DNA of 64,000 nucleotides, taken from NCBI GenBank assembly GCA_963821525.1, contig CAWGED010000005.1, positions 576,001-640,000 on the forward strand, in the 5' to 3' direction. Of this stretch, positions 50,456-61,728 are shown in pieces. Origin of the DNA: an uncultured Gemmatimonadales bacterium (lineage in GTDB: Bacteria; Gemmatimonadota; Gemmatimonadetes; Gemmatimonadales; GWC2-71-9). Both the position numbers and the translations under genes were made by a program. The notes below the pieces were generated by a model. The model was not told the DNA's origin, ran no database searches, and saw nothing but the letters and a program-made list of their open reading frames with translations. The first letter of the stretch is position 1. Each line of letters opens with the position of its first letter.

Positions 50456-51670
50456 ATGCCAGCGACAGCTCGACGCCAGACCGTAACCACCTGGGTGGGG
50501 AGGGTGGCTCTGGGTTCCGGTTACCCGGTCGTGGTCCAGTCCATGACCAATACCGACACGGCGGACGTCGAGGGGACGATCGCGCAGGTCGCGGCTCTCG
50601 CTCTGGCGGGAAGCGAGCTGGTGCGCGTCACAGTGAACAACGACGAGGCGGCGGCCGCGGTGCCTGCCATCGTCGAAGGCCTGGATCGGATCGGCGTCTC
50701 GGTCCCTGTCATTGGGGACTTTCACTACAACGGCCACCTGCTTCTCACCAAGTACCCCGCCTGCGCCCAGGCCCTCGCGAAGTACCGCATCAATCCCGGT
50801 AACGTGGGCGGCAAGCGCGCGGACCAGAACTTCCGCGCGATCATCGAGGTTGCGCTGCAGAACGGAAAGCCGGTTCGGATCGGCGTGAACTGGGGTTCGC
50901 TCGATCAGACCCTGCTGACCGAGATGATGGATCACAACCATCGGCTCGCCGAACCTCGTGATGCGCGCGATGTCACCATGAGCGCCATGGTCGAGAGCGC
51001 GCTTCGCTCGGCGCGGCTGGCCGAGTCGTATGGCATGCCGCATGAGCGAATCATCCTGAGTGCCAAGGTTTCCGGAGTACAGGATCTGGTGGACGTCTAT
51101 CGCGCGCTCGCTCAGGGCGGAGACTACCCGCTGCACCTGGGCCTGACCGAGGCGGGGATGGGGATGAAGGGCATGGTCGGGAGCGCCGCCGGTCTCGCGA
51201 TCCTGCTGCAGGAAGGGATCGGCGATACCATCCGTGTCTCTCTCACGCCCAGGCCCGGCGGCGACCGCACCGAAGAAGTCGCCGTCGCACAGCAGGTGCT
51301 CCAGTCCCTCGGATTGCGGAGCTTCACCCCGCAGGTCACCGCCTGTCCCGGCTGCGGCCGCACCACCAGCACCTTCTTCCAGCAGATGGCCGAGGATATT
51401 CAGGGCTACCTGCGGCAGCAGATGCCGGTGTGGCGAGCCCGTTATCCCGGTGTCGAGGAGCTGAGGGTCGCCGTCATGGGATGTGTCGTGAACGGTCCGG
51501 GAGAATCGAAGCACGCCAACATCGGGATTTCACTCCCGGGGACCTTCGAAGAACCCAAGGCGCCGGTCTACGTGGATGGCCGGCTTCTCGTCACTCTCAA
51601 GGGAGACGGCATTGTCTCCGAGTTCCTCGGGATCCTGAATCAGTATGTGGAAAGCCGGTATGGGGGGGAA
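50456..51670 (+). CDS. ispG: (E)-4-hydroxy-3-methylbut-2-enyl-diphosphate synthase; 3' end approximate because no stop follows the conserved region
   Basis: [48 protein letters not shown]. Confidence 0.95.
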
Positions 51671-51818
51671 ATGGCGGAATGGCGGAATGGCGGAATGGCA
51701 GAAATGGCGGCGAGCCCAGCGCCGGACGGACAATTCCGCCTAGTAGCCGCGAGCCCTAGGTCATCACCATCCATTCCGCCATTCATCATTCCAGCCATTC
51801 ATCATTCCGCCATTCCCC
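51670..51818. repeat. Inverted octamer arms (ATGGCGGA)n ... (CCATTCCG)n
   Basis: Directly follows the ispG conserved region. Confidence 0.85.
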
Positions 51819-51820
51819 TA

Positions 51821-52520
51821 ATGCCCGTCCCCCTCGACCAGGCCCTCCGCGATCATCCGCTGCTGGCGATTCCGGCGCTCTTCGGCGGCAGGCGTCGCTC
51901 ACCAGTCTCACTCCCTGCGTCTACCCGATGATTCCGATCACCGCCGGCCTGCTCGGCGGAGCAAGTGCTGCGGAGCGGTCCCGATCTCGCACTCTTCTTT
52001 ACTCTGTCCTCTACGCTCTGGGTCTCGCCCTGGTGTACGCGACCCTGGGTCTACTCGCCGGCCTGAGCGGATCGATTTTCGGCACGGTGAGCTCCAATCC
52101 GTGGGCCTACTTCATCATGGGGAACCTGCTCCTCGTGTTCGGGCTCGCGATGTTTGACGTGTTTTCAGTCACTGCACCGTCCGGGCTCCTGCAATGGGCT
52201 TCGAATCTCACTGGCCGGTCCGCCGGTGGTGCGTTTCTGATGGGTGCGACTTCCGGCCTGGTCGCTGCGCCATGCGGTGCGCCCGCCTTCGCCGCGGTTC
52301 TGACCTTCGTAGCCGCAACCCGTAGCGCGGTGTTAGGATTCGTCTACCTGTTCGTCTTTTCAGTCGGCATGACGGCGCTGCTCATCGGGATCGGGCTCTC
52401 CTCCGGCGTGCTCGCCGCGATGCCACGTAGCGGTCCGTGGATGATATGGATCAAGCGGGCCGCCGGTGTCGTGCTCCTCGGCATGGCCGAGTACTACTTC
52501 ATTCAGATGGGAAAGGTCTC

Positions 52521-52524
<4 letters not shown>
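51821..52524 (+). CDS. ccdA: CcdA/DsbD-type transmembrane thiol-disulfide transporter, frameshift ~51890
   Basis: [14 protein letters not shown] and AAPCGAP cysteine motifs. Confidence 0.85.
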
Positions 52525-53030
<506 letters not shown>

Positions 53031-53039
53031 GGGATGTTC

Positions 53040-53613
53040 ATGCGGAAATTCTCACTCTTGCTGGGGTGCCTCGTCGCTCTCACCTCGGGCGCGGCCGCCC
53101 AAGGCGCGGGCGCCGGCATCGGCCTTCCTCGCTTCAGGTCCCACTCAGGGTGACCGGGCGCCGGATTTCTCGCTTCCCTGGGCGTCGAAGGACGGTGTCG
53201 GGGACGAGCAGTGGTTCAGCCTCACCGCACAGCGGGGGAAGACGATCGTGCTCGCCTTTTTCCCTGCCGCTTTCACCAAGGGCTGCACCTCCGAGATGCA
53301 GACCTTCACCGAGCGCTATGACGAGCTGTTCGGGCCTGACGTTGTCGTGGCGGCCATCAGCTACGACAGTGTGGAGACGCAAGCTCGTTTCGCCTCGAGC
53401 CTCGGCGTTCCCTTCAAGCTTCTGAGTGATCCCGACCTCGCCGTCGCCAAGAAGTACGGGAGTGCCAACTCCGATGGCAGGGCCAGGCGGACAGTGTACG
53501 TGATCGACAAGGGCGGCCGGGTCGCCTATCGAGACCTCCGCTTCAACGCGGTCGATCCTTCCTCCTACAGCGACTTGAAGCAGGCCGTTCAGGCCGCCCT
53601 CAAGGCCAAGTAG
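53040..53613 (+). CDS. Exported peroxiredoxin (BCP/PrxQ-like), frameshift near 53130
   Basis: GDRAPDFSL, FFPAAFTKGCT, LLSD, RTVYVID. Confidence 0.82.
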
Positions 53614-54452
53614 TGGCCGGTCAGTTGGGCCGGCGCCGCAGGGCGAGGGTTACCCTCGCCCTGGCCCTTTTCTGGGGTGCCGCGGCCAACCTCCGAGCTC
53701 AGAGCGGACCCAAGACCGACGCCCAGCTGATCTGGAAGCTTGAGGAGACGTCGAGCGGCTGGTGCCTCCAGTTCCTGATCGATCCCACCAAGGCGGGGGA
53801 GGACCTGCCCGACAAGGCCATGCCGGTCTCGGCCATGGATGCCGGGGAGCTCCACCCCGCCATCAGTCGCCTCATCTCGGACGAGCCGCAGTACGCTCGG
53901 TGGGTGCCCTCGGTCGTCTGCTCCTATTTCTTCGGAGCGGTAACCGTAGACGGCCACCGGGTCGAAAAGGGGAAGAAATCCATGCCCGCGATCGCCTGGT
54001 GGGGGGTCCTCGCGCGCTCACCCAGCGATACGGCCCCCGTTTTTGCCCTCCGCTTCCTCGCCACGAACAACTATCGGGTCCAGAAGCCCACCGAAGCGGC
54101 GAAGGTCAACATGGAGGCGCTCGATCTCACGATCGAGCAGGTACCCGAGACCGGGGATGACCGATATACCCTCAAATACGGGAAGACACTGGTCGTCTTC
54201 GACGGCCATGCTGCTCCGGACACAACCCTCCGGTCGGGCGCGGTTAGCCAGATCTGGTGGGCCGAGGGCGACGCCTCCACCGTCTGGCGGGCCTCGGCCG
54301 ATCTCCGCCCTTCAGCGACGCACGGGCTCGTGGGCGCGCTCCGGATACAAGGGAAGGGGGACTTGGCCGACCTCCTCAAGGCCTCTCCCATCCGCCTCGT
54401 AGGGCCGATTCACTCCGGAGGAGACGGAGAGGTTAACTTCTTCCGCCGGTAA
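53613..54452 (+). CDS. Hypothetical exported protein
   Basis: Clean ORF coupled to the upstream stop; signal-peptide-like start. Confidence 0.65.
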   Translation: MAGQLGRRRRARVTLALALFWGAAANLRAQSGPKTDAQLIWKLEETSSGWCLQFLIDPTKAGEDLPDKAMPVSAMDAGELHPAISRLISDEPQYARWVPSVVCSYFFGAVTVDGHRVEKGKKSMPAIAWWGVLARSPSDTAPVFALRFLATNNYRVQKPTEAAKVNMEALDLTIEQVPETGDDRYTLKYGKTLVVFDGHAAPDTTLRSGAVSQIWWAEGDASTVWRASADLRPSATHGLVGALRIQGKGDLADLLKASPIRLVGPIHSGGDGEVNFFRR

Positions 54453-54510
54453 GGCCCCCCTCTGGATCGAAGGTTGCGGGACGCCCGCCGACTCATTTCA
54501 CCGGTTTGAG

Positions 54511-55071
54511 ATGCCGACGATCGCACATCTGGCCGTAGGTTTTGCGGCCGGCCGTTACATGGCCCGAAATGGCCAGGAGGCCCCCCGCGCCATGGTCTTT
54601 GGGGCCGCCCTCGCCACCCTGCCCGACTGGGACCTGATCTCCCACGCCTTTGCCGGGGTCCAGGACACGATGGCCGGCCATCGGGGGGCTTCCCATTCCC
54701 TCATTGCCGCAGTCACCGTTGGCGCCGTGGTCGGCCTTGCCCTTGGTTCCCGATGGTGGGGCAGGTGGCAGACCGCCCTGTGGGCTATCCTGACCATCGC
54801 GAGCCATGCCCTTCTTGACCTGTTCAACGTCCAGGGAAAGGTCGGGCTGTTCTGGCCCTGGACCGACCAGTTCTCCACCGTCCCTATGCAGTTCCAGTTC
54901 ATTCCTGGTGTCCTCAGCACGGCGGAGCTGCTGACTCCGAAGGTGATCCCCGTGTTGATGTGGGAGGCGGTCATTTTCTCGCCGTTTTTTGTCTACGCCT
55001 TCTGGCGCCCAGTCAGGGTATGGCGGGGACAACAAAATCGTGAAATTCAGGGGACTGCAACGGATCGGTAG
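54511..55071 (+). CDS. Membrane metal-dependent hydrolase (YdjM-like)
   Basis: LPDWD, HRGASHS, SHALLD, LFWP. Confidence 0.88.
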   Translation: MPTIAHLAVGFAAGRYMARNGQEAPRAMVFGAALATLPDWDLISHAFAGVQDTMAGHRGASHSLIAAVTVGAVVGLALGSRWWGRWQTALWAILTIASHALLDLFNVQGKVGLFWPWTDQFSTVPMQFQFIPGVLSTAELLTPKVIPVLMWEAVIFSPFFVYAFWRPVRVWRGQQNREIQGTATDR

Positions 55072-55076
55072 CCGGA

Positions 55077-55364
55077 ATATTCACATCCGTTGCATATTAT
55101 TTACGCCGATAGCGACACTGTCGCCAGTGGGGTTTTCCACATTTGATGTCTCTCTTTATTCATTGTGGAATATCGGGTTAGCTCGTTCACTTCAAGTGGA
55201 TAATTAGGTAACGCTCTAGTTTGCTATCCGGCAACGGGTTTGTTGGGCTTGTCCACTACGTTTCACGGATTCTGATGTGGATAAATCTCATTTTCCACAG
55301 CCGTGTCTTACCTCGGCGCAGGTCTGCCCAAGCGTGAAGCCGCCTCCAATGCGGATGTGGAAAA
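55077..55364. promoter_or_regulatory. AT-rich DnaA-box cluster, candidate replication origin (oriC)
   Basis: Consensus TTWTNCACA matches at 55133, 55276(-), 55291 and 55356(-); near matches at 55077, 55164(-), 55195(-), 55249. Confidence 0.7.
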
Positions 55365-55390
55365 TGACCATCGACGCGCTTCCCTGACCC

Positions 55391-56965
55391 GTGGTCAACG
55401 ACCCCCTCTCAAGCAATAGCGGGTTCCTCCTCGCCCGCCGGATCCTGACCCTGGTCCCAGGCCTGATTGGGGACGCCCTCTGGTGGCATGCAGGCCGAAT
55501 CCGGGCGGTGGGGCGGGCGGCCGACTTGGAGCCAAAGGTGCCTTCCCGGGTGCCCCGGTTTGACCTGAGGGACTGCGTGGTGACCCCGGGGTTCACTGAC
55601 GGTCATACCCACTTTGCCAGCTGGGCGGTAGGGCGGAACCGGGTCCACCTGGCCGGTGCCGCGACTCGCGCCGAGGCACTCGAACGCGTCGCCAACGGAT
55701 CAGCCTTCCGGGGCTGGGTAATGGGCCACGGCTGGGACGCCAATTCGTGGTCAGAGGGCCCGGAGCGCTGGAGCCTGGACCGGGTCCAGACCCTGCCGGT
55801 CTATCTGGACTCCCTCGACGTTCACGCGGCCTGGGTCAACAGCGCCGCCCTGCTGATGGCGGGAATCACCCGGGACACGCCCGATCCGTACGGCGGCAAG
55901 GTCGTCCGAGATGGCAACGGAGATCCCACCGGCCTCCTGCTGGAGCGGGCGGTCGAGCTGATGACGCCTCACCTCCCCCAGCCGTCGCCCGAGGACTTGC
56001 TTACCGCCGTCCAGGAGGCCCAGACCGAGGCGCATCGGCTGGGCGTCACCGGAATCCACAACGTCGAGGGTCCTGACGCCCTGGCTGCGTTTAGAGCGTT
56101 GGAGACGGAAAACACCCTCCGGTTGCGGGTGCTGTTCCACCCTCCGGTGCAGAAGCTACCTGACCTCGTGAGGATGAAAGCGACCAGCGGATCGGGAACT
56201 GACTGGCTGCGTCTCGGCGGGGTGAAGATGTTCCTCGATGGCAGCCTCGGGAGCCGGACCGCCTGGATGCTCGAGCCCTATGAGGACGGTCGGGATCGGG
56301 GCATGCCCATCACCGCCGAAGACGTCGCCCGAGAGGCGATGACGACGGCGGCTCAGGCTGGTCTGGCCTGCACCGTTCACGCGATCGGGGATGCCGCTGT
56401 CCGGCGCGCATTGGACTTGATGAGCGCCCTCCAACCAGCCGCGATTCCCCATCGGATCGAACATTTCCAGTGCGTCAACCCGGCCGACCTGAACCGGGCG
56501 GCCGCAGCGGGAATCGTCGTCTCGATGCAGCCGGCCCATCTTCTGGTAGACATCCCGCTGGCCGACCGGCAATGGGGGGCTCGAAGCCGCGGTGCCTATG
56601 CCTTCAAGAGCCTGCTCCAGCGAGGAACCGTGGTCGCGTTTGGCAGCGACGTGCCGGTTGCGACCCTGGATCCGCGGCAGGGCGTGTACGCCGCCATGGA
56701 GCGTCGCATGCTGGACGGCGGTCCGATGCCGGGCTGGTACCCCGAGGAACGGCTGAGCTTCGAAGAGGTCGTCTCTGCCTACACTCTGGCCAACGCCAGA
56801 GCCGCCGGTGTCGCCGATCGGAGGGGAACCCTGGGGATCGGGATGGACGCCGACCTCGTGGCCTGGCAAGCTGACCCGGTTCTCGATCGAGGCGATGGAG
56901 AAGCGTTCCTAAATGGGCGTGCGGCCCTGACTGTCGTCGGCGGTGAGGTGATGATGCAGGCGTGA
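55391..56965 (+). CDS. Amidohydrolase 3 (YtcJ-like) family protein
   Basis: PGFTDGHTH, HAAWVNS, KMFLDGSLGSRTA, HAIGD, RIEH, GSD. Confidence 0.9.
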   Translation: MVNDPLSSNSGFLLARRILTLVPGLIGDALWWHAGRIRAVGRAADLEPKVPSRVPRFDLRDCVVTPGFTDGHTHFASWAVGRNRVHLAGAATRAEALERVANGSAFRGWVMGHGWDANSWSEGPERWSLDRVQTLPVYLDSLDVHAAWVNSAALLMAGITRDTPDPYGGKVVRDGNGDPTGLLLERAVELMTPHLPQPSPEDLLTAVQEAQTEAHRLGVTGIHNVEGPDALAAFRALETENTLRLRVLFHPPVQKLPDLVRMKATSGSGTDWLRLGGVKMFLDGSLGSRTAWMLEPYEDGRDRGMPITAEDVAREAMTTAAQAGLACTVHAIGDAAVRRALDLMSALQPAAIPHRIEHFQCVNPADLNRAAAAGIVVSMQPAHLLVDIPLADRQWGARSRGAYAFKSLLQRGTVVAFGSDVPVATLDPRQGVYAAMERRMLDGGPMPGWYPEERLSFEEVVSAYTLANARAAGVADRRGTLGIGMDADLVAWQADPVLDRGDGEAFLNGRAALTVVGGEVMMQA

Positions 56966-57026
56966 CCCGCCACGATTAGACTGCACCATTCTCTTCCGTT
57001 CCCGTCGCCAGGCATTCGAGGTACCG

Positions 57027-58490
57027 TTGCCGCCTTCTCCCATTCGTCGCACGAAGATCGTTGCCACCCTCGGTCCTTCCTGGTCCAGCCCGGAGAAGGT
57101 CGCCGCGATGCTTCAGGCCGGAGTCAACGTCGTCCGGGTGAACGCCTCACACGGCACTCCCGAGCTGCGCCGCGAGTGGATCAGCACCGTCAAGCAGGTG
57201 CGAGCGGAACGGGGACTACCCGCGGCCCTGCTCTACGATCTCCAAGGCCCCCGGATCCGGGTCGGCGATTTGACCGACCCGCTCCGGCTCGAGCCCGGCT
57301 CCCGCGTTGTGTTCGCTCCGGAAGAGAGCACGAAGGCCGGAGAAATCCCGACCACCTATGCGGCCCTCGCCAAGGACATTCGGGTGGGGGCCAGGATCCT
57401 GCTCGACGACGGGCTGCTGTCCGTGGACGTGCTCGCGATCGATGGAGACCGGGTCGTCGGCACGGTGCGCTACGGCGGGGTACTCAAGTCTCACAAGGGC
57501 ATGAACCTGCCGGGCATCGAGGTCAGCGCCCCCGCCCTCACTGAGAAGGACCGCGAGGATGTCGAAGAGGCGGTGGCGCTTGGCGTCGAATACATCGCCC
57601 TTTCGTTCGTGCGGAAAGCTGGCGATCTGGACGACCTGCGCCGGCTGGTTCCCAAGCGGGTGCGCATCGTGGCCAAGATCGAGAAGGACACCGCCCTGAC
57701 TGACCTGTGCGGGATTCTCGAGGCATCCGACGCCATCATGGTGGCTCGAGGCGATCTGGGCGTGGAGCTACCGTTCGAGGAAGTCCCGCTGGCTCAAAAG
57801 CGGATCATCCGGGAGGCCAATCTCCACGGGAAACCCGTGATCACGGCAACCCAGATGCTGGAATCCATGATTCACGCGCCGATCCCGACTCGAGCCGAGG
57901 CGTCGGATGTGGCCAACGCGATTCTCGATGGGACCGACGCGGTGATGCTCTCTGCGGAGACGGCGGTCGGTGACTACCCGCTCGAGGCGGTGATGGCGAT
58001 GGATCGCATCGCGCGAGAGATGGAGAGCCACCGCGGCGGCCGGAGTCCCGCCCTCGACGCCGCGGTCGGGCGGCGGTCCCGGGACGACCTGGACCCGGTG
58101 CACGCCCACCCTGGTGCCGGCAAACCAGCGCGCACCGAGGACGCGATCGGCGTCGCGGTCGTTGCCGCGGCGGAGCTGTTGCACTGCCCGCTCATCGTCT
58201 GTTTCACCAGCAGCGGCTTCACCGCGCGGAAGGTCGCGACTTACCGCCCGACCGTGCCGATCTTCGCCGCCACTCCGGAGCCGGAAACCTTCCAGCAGCT
58301 TGCCCTGGTCTGGGGCACCATCCCCGCCCTCACCGCCCACTACACCGATTACGACTCGCTGCTGCGCGAGGCTCGGCAGGCAATTCTCCCCCGCGGCCTC
58401 GCCAAGCCGGGAGAGCGGCTGGTCGTTACGGCCGGCGTGCCGTTCGACGTGCCGGGGACGACAAACCTGCTGAAGATTGAAGCCTTATAG
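57027..58490 (+). CDS. pyk: Pyruvate kinase
   Basis: RRTKIVATLGP, DLQGPRIR, AKIE, MVARGDLGVE, TRAEASD, MLSAETA. Confidence 0.96.
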   Translation: MPPSPIRRTKIVATLGPSWSSPEKVAAMLQAGVNVVRVNASHGTPELRREWISTVKQVRAERGLPAALLYDLQGPRIRVGDLTDPLRLEPGSRVVFAPEESTKAGEIPTTYAALAKDIRVGARILLDDGLLSVDVLAIDGDRVVGTVRYGGVLKSHKGMNLPGIEVSAPALTEKDREDVEEAVALGVEYIALSFVRKAGDLDDLRRLVPKRVRIVAKIEKDTALTDLCGILEASDAIMVARGDLGVELPFEEVPLAQKRIIREANLHGKPVITATQMLESMIHAPIPTRAEASDVANAILDGTDAVMLSAETAVGDYPLEAVMAMDRIAREMESHRGGRSPALDAAVGRRSRDDLDPVHAHPGAGKPARTEDAIGVAVVAAAELLHCPLIVCFTSSGFTARKVATYRPTVPIFAATPEPETFQQLALVWGTIPALTAHYTDYDSLLREARQAILPRGLAKPGERLVVTAGVPFDVPGTTNLLKIEAL

Positions 58491-58495
58491 GAATT

Positions 58496-58623
58496 GAGCG
58501 GTAGGCGGTAAGCGGGAAGGCTACCAACTCTCGCCGTCAGGATATTGAAGAAGGTATTTCACCTCACCGGCTCGCTCACCGCTCACACGCTCACCGCTTA
58601 CCGCTCACCGCTTACCGCTTACC
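58496..58623. repeat. Inverted heptamer arms (AGCGGTR)n ... (YACCGCT)n
   Basis: gagcggt aggcggt aagcggg / caccgct taccgct caccgct taccgct. Confidence 0.8.
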
Positions 58624-58632
58624 TTTTTGGGC

Positions 58633-59412
58633 ATGCGCCTGACTTTCCTCGGAACCGGAACCTCGTTCGGAGTCCCTCAGATTGGCTGCGACTGCGCAGT
58701 CTGCCGGTCTGAGGATCCCCGCGATCGGCGCAGCCGCTCCGGTGCGCTGCTCGAGGCCGGTGGCAACGTCATCCTGATCGACACTCCGCCGGAACTGCGG
58801 TTGCAGATGCTCGGTGCTGGCTTGAGCCGGGTGGATGCCGTGCTCTACACCCACGAGCACGCCGATCACGTCAACGGGATCGATGATCTCCGCATCTTCT
58901 CGGTGCGGCAGCGGCGTCCCATCCCCTGTCACGGCCCGGCGGAGACGCTGGAGCGGGTGCGCTCCGGGTTCCCCTACATTTTCGACGATGCGGTCCGGCC
59001 CTACGAAGGGACCTCCAAACCCCAGCTCGATCTGCAGCCCCTCGAGCCTGGACGGGAAGTCACGATCGCCGGAATCCGGGTTCTGCCCCTGGCGTTCCGG
59101 CACGGTCACCTTCGCGTCTTCGGGTACCGGTTCGGCCCCCTGGCGTATATCACCGACGTGAAAGCCGTGGCGGAGGCTGAACGGGGGCACCTCGCTCAGC
59201 TCAAGGTCCTGGTCTTGAACGCGCTCTGGTGGCGGCCTCATCCGACCCACATGAGTATCGGCGAGGCGATCGATACCGCCCGTGCGGTTGGGGCCGAGCG
59301 TACTTATCTCACCCATCTCACGCATGAGACCGGGCACGCCCTACTGGCGCAACAACTCCCTGAAGGCATCTTCCCGGCATACGACGGACTCACGGTCGAG
59401 GTAGGGGAATGA
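58633..59412 (+). CDS. MBL-fold metallo-hydrolase (PhnP/YcbL-like)
   Basis: LGTGTSFGVP, CDCAVC, THEHADH, YITD. Confidence 0.9.
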   Translation: MRLTFLGTGTSFGVPQIGCDCAVCRSEDPRDRRSRSGALLEAGGNVILIDTPPELRLQMLGAGLSRVDAVLYTHEHADHVNGIDDLRIFSVRQRRPIPCHGPAETLERVRSGFPYIFDDAVRPYEGTSKPQLDLQPLEPGREVTIAGIRVLPLAFRHGHLRVFGYRFGPLAYITDVKAVAEAERGHLAQLKVLVLNALWWRPHPTHMSIGEAIDTARAVGAERTYLTHLTHETGHALLAQQLPEGIFPAYDGLTVEVGE

Positions 59413-60791
59413 GACTGCGGTATGCCCGATTCTTTCAGGATCGTCTCGACGGCGAGCATGGTCTCCATCGTGACCGGCTCGCCGATCTGCGTCGGCGGTT
59501 CCCCGAAATACGTTCCGAAGTTCAGCGTCGGCGCAGCTCGGGGGAGTACGGCTTCTATGGCCTGGCGGATCAGGCGTCGGCCGTGCGCAACATTCGCGGC
59601 TTCGCGGAGGGCTTGGGCCAGGCCTTTGATCACGTTCTGGTACTGGGAATCGGCGGGTCCGCGCTCGGGGTGAAAGCGCTGCTCAATGCGCTGCGCGAGC
59701 CGGGCTGGAATGAGCTGAGCGACGAGGGGCGGGAGTTCTATCCCCGGCTCACCGTGCTGGACAACGTGGACCCCTCGACGGTTGCCGCGGCCTTGCGGCG
59801 GATCGACCCACGACGGGTCCTGGTCAACGTGGTGAGCAAATCGGGCGGCACCGCCGAAACGATGGCCCAGTACCTCGTGGTGCGGGCCTGGCTCGAGGAA
59901 GTGCTGGGACAGGCGGTGAACCGCCATCTGGTCTTCACTACCGATCCAGCCCGTGGGGCGCTGCGTGAAATCGCCAACCGGGATGGGATCGCGGCCCTGG
60001 AAGTTCCACCCGAGGTTGGCGGGCGATTCAGTGTTTTGTCGCCCGTGGGGCTTCTCCCCGCGGCACTCGTGGGCATCGACATCGAGCAGTTGTTGGCCGG
60101 CGCCCGGCAGGCGCTGGATGCGGCGCAGCCCGACGAGCTGCTGAAGAATCGTCCCGCCCTCTACAGCGCCCTCCTCTGGTCCGCCGATGCGACCCTGGGC
60201 GCCAAGCTCCATGTGCTCATGCCTTACAGTGACCGGCTCCGGGAGTTCGCGGAATGGTACCGTCAGCTCTGGGCCGAGAGTCTGGGCAAGGCTCAGGATC
60301 GGCGCGGCTCCCTGGTGAACCGGGGACCCACTCCGATTGCCGCGGTGGGCGCCACCGACCAGCACAGCCAGGTGCAGCTCTTCATGGAGGGCCCGTTCGA
60401 CAAAGTCGTCTCGTTCCTCACCGTGGAGAATTTCGGAAACGACGTGGCGATCCCCCAGCGGTCGGACCAGCCGCCGGACCTTGCCTATTTGCCGGGTCAC
60501 ACGCTCGGTGAACTGCTCCGGGCCGAGCAGGGGGCAACTGCCGCGGCCCTCTCCCGCATGGGCCGCATGAACTGCACGCTCGAGTTACCCGACCTCTCGG
60601 CGCGAAGCCTGGGTGAAGCGATCATGTTCTTCCAGATCGCCACGGGGTACGCCGGCGTCTGGTACGGAGTGAATCCCTTCGATCAGCCCGGGGTCGAGCT
60701 GGGCAAGAAGTTGACCTATGCCGCGATGGGACGCCCGGGATTTACCGCCGACTCGGACAGCTCGCCATCCGACGATGGAGACGTGGTCTAA
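59409..60791 (+). CDS. pgi: Glucose-6-phosphate isomerase
   Basis: GIGGSALG, SKSGGTAET, VGGRFS, QLWAESLGK, DQHS, NPFDQPGVELGK. Confidence 0.95.
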   Translation: MRLRYARFFQDRLDGEHGLHRDRLADLRRRFPEIRSEVQRRRSSGEYGFYGLADQASAVRNIRGFAEGLGQAFDHVLVLGIGGSALGVKALLNALREPGWNELSDEGREFYPRLTVLDNVDPSTVAAALRRIDPRRVLVNVVSKSGGTAETMAQYLVVRAWLEEVLGQAVNRHLVFTTDPARGALREIANRDGIAALEVPPEVGGRFSVLSPVGLLPAALVGIDIEQLLAGARQALDAAQPDELLKNRPALYSALLWSADATLGAKLHVLMPYSDRLREFAEWYRQLWAESLGKAQDRRGSLVNRGPTPIAAVGATDQHSQVQLFMEGPFDKVVSFLTVENFGNDVAIPQRSDQPPDLAYLPGHTLGELLRAEQGATAAALSRMGRMNCTLELPDLSARSLGEAIMFFQIATGYAGVWYGVNPFDQPGVELGKKLTYAAMGRPGFTADSDSSPSDDGDVV

Positions 60792-60797
60792 CCTCTC

Positions 60798-61235
60798 ATG
60801 GTTGCCGCCCTCCTCCTCGCGCTCCTGGCTGGGCTCCTGCTTCCGCTGCAGGCTGGCATCAACAGCCAGCTTCGATCCAGTCTCGGTCATCCTCTCGTCG
60901 CAACGCTCGTCTCATTCCTGGTGGGAAGCGTCGCCATCGCGGTCGTGATGCTCGGCTTGCGGGTGTCGATCCCCGCTGCGGGGTTCCGGACCGCCCCCTT
61001 GTGGCACTGGACCGGTGGGATCCTGGGCGCTGTCTATGTGCTGGTGACGGTAGTGGTCGCTCCACGACTCGGCGCCGCCACAATGATCGCGACGATCATC
61101 GCCGGCCAGATGCTCGCCTCATTGCTGCTGGACCATTACGGCGTCGCCGGCTATGCCCCGCATTCGGTCAATGCGTGGCGCATCGCAGGCGCGCTGTTGA
61201 TCATTGCCGGGGTGGTCGTGATCCAGCGTAATTGA
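60798..61235 (+). CDS. DMT family (YdcZ-like) inner membrane transporter
   Basis: QAGINSQL, WTGGILGA, GQMLASLLLDHYG. Confidence 0.88.
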   Translation: MVAALLLALLAGLLLPLQAGINSQLRSSLGHPLVATLVSFLVGSVAIAVVMLGLRVSIPAAGFRTAPLWHWTGGILGAVYVLVTVVVAPRLGAATMIATIIAGQMLASLLLDHYGVAGYAPHSVNAWRIAGALLIIAGVVVIQRN

Positions 61236-61324
61236 CCACTTTGAGGTTTGACGCTCCCGGGCCCTTCCGGTAGCTTTTTCGGCGTACTCGATGGTTACCT
61301 CGATCGCTGTGAGGAGTAAAAACG

Positions 61325-61696
61325 ATGGCTGATATTGATCTCGATGAGCGCGGCGTGGTCTACGTCGAACGCGAGAGCGGCTCGGTCAAGCCGGTGCTGC
61401 TTGGACTCTTGCTGGGGTTGGGATTGGGCCTGTTGTTCGCGCCGCAGAGCGGGGAACAGACCCGCCGAGGGCTCAATCGCCGGCTGCGGAAATTTCGCGC
61501 CCTCGCCGAGGAGACGGTGGACGAGCTGAGCGAGCGATTCACCGGATCCCACCGGGTCGCCGGAGGTGGCGACGACGAGCCGGAAGAAGAGCCGGTCGAG
61601 CGGGAGACCAGCGTGCGCGACGATCTTGAACGGCGGCTGTCGGCCGCCCGCGCCCGGCGCCGTGCAACGGCGGAAGACGAGGAGCAGCACGCCTGA
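61325..61696 (+). CDS. YtxH domain protein
   Basis: GLLFAPQSGEQTR. Confidence 0.85.
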   Translation: MADIDLDERGVVYVERESGSVKPVLLGLLLGLGLGLLFAPQSGEQTRRGLNRRLRKFRALAEETVDELSERFTGSHRVAGGGDDEPEEEPVERETSVRDDLERRLSAARARRRATAEDEEQHA

Positions 61697-61728
61697 GCAT
61701 CAGCCAGCGCCGGACCTGGCATGGGAGC

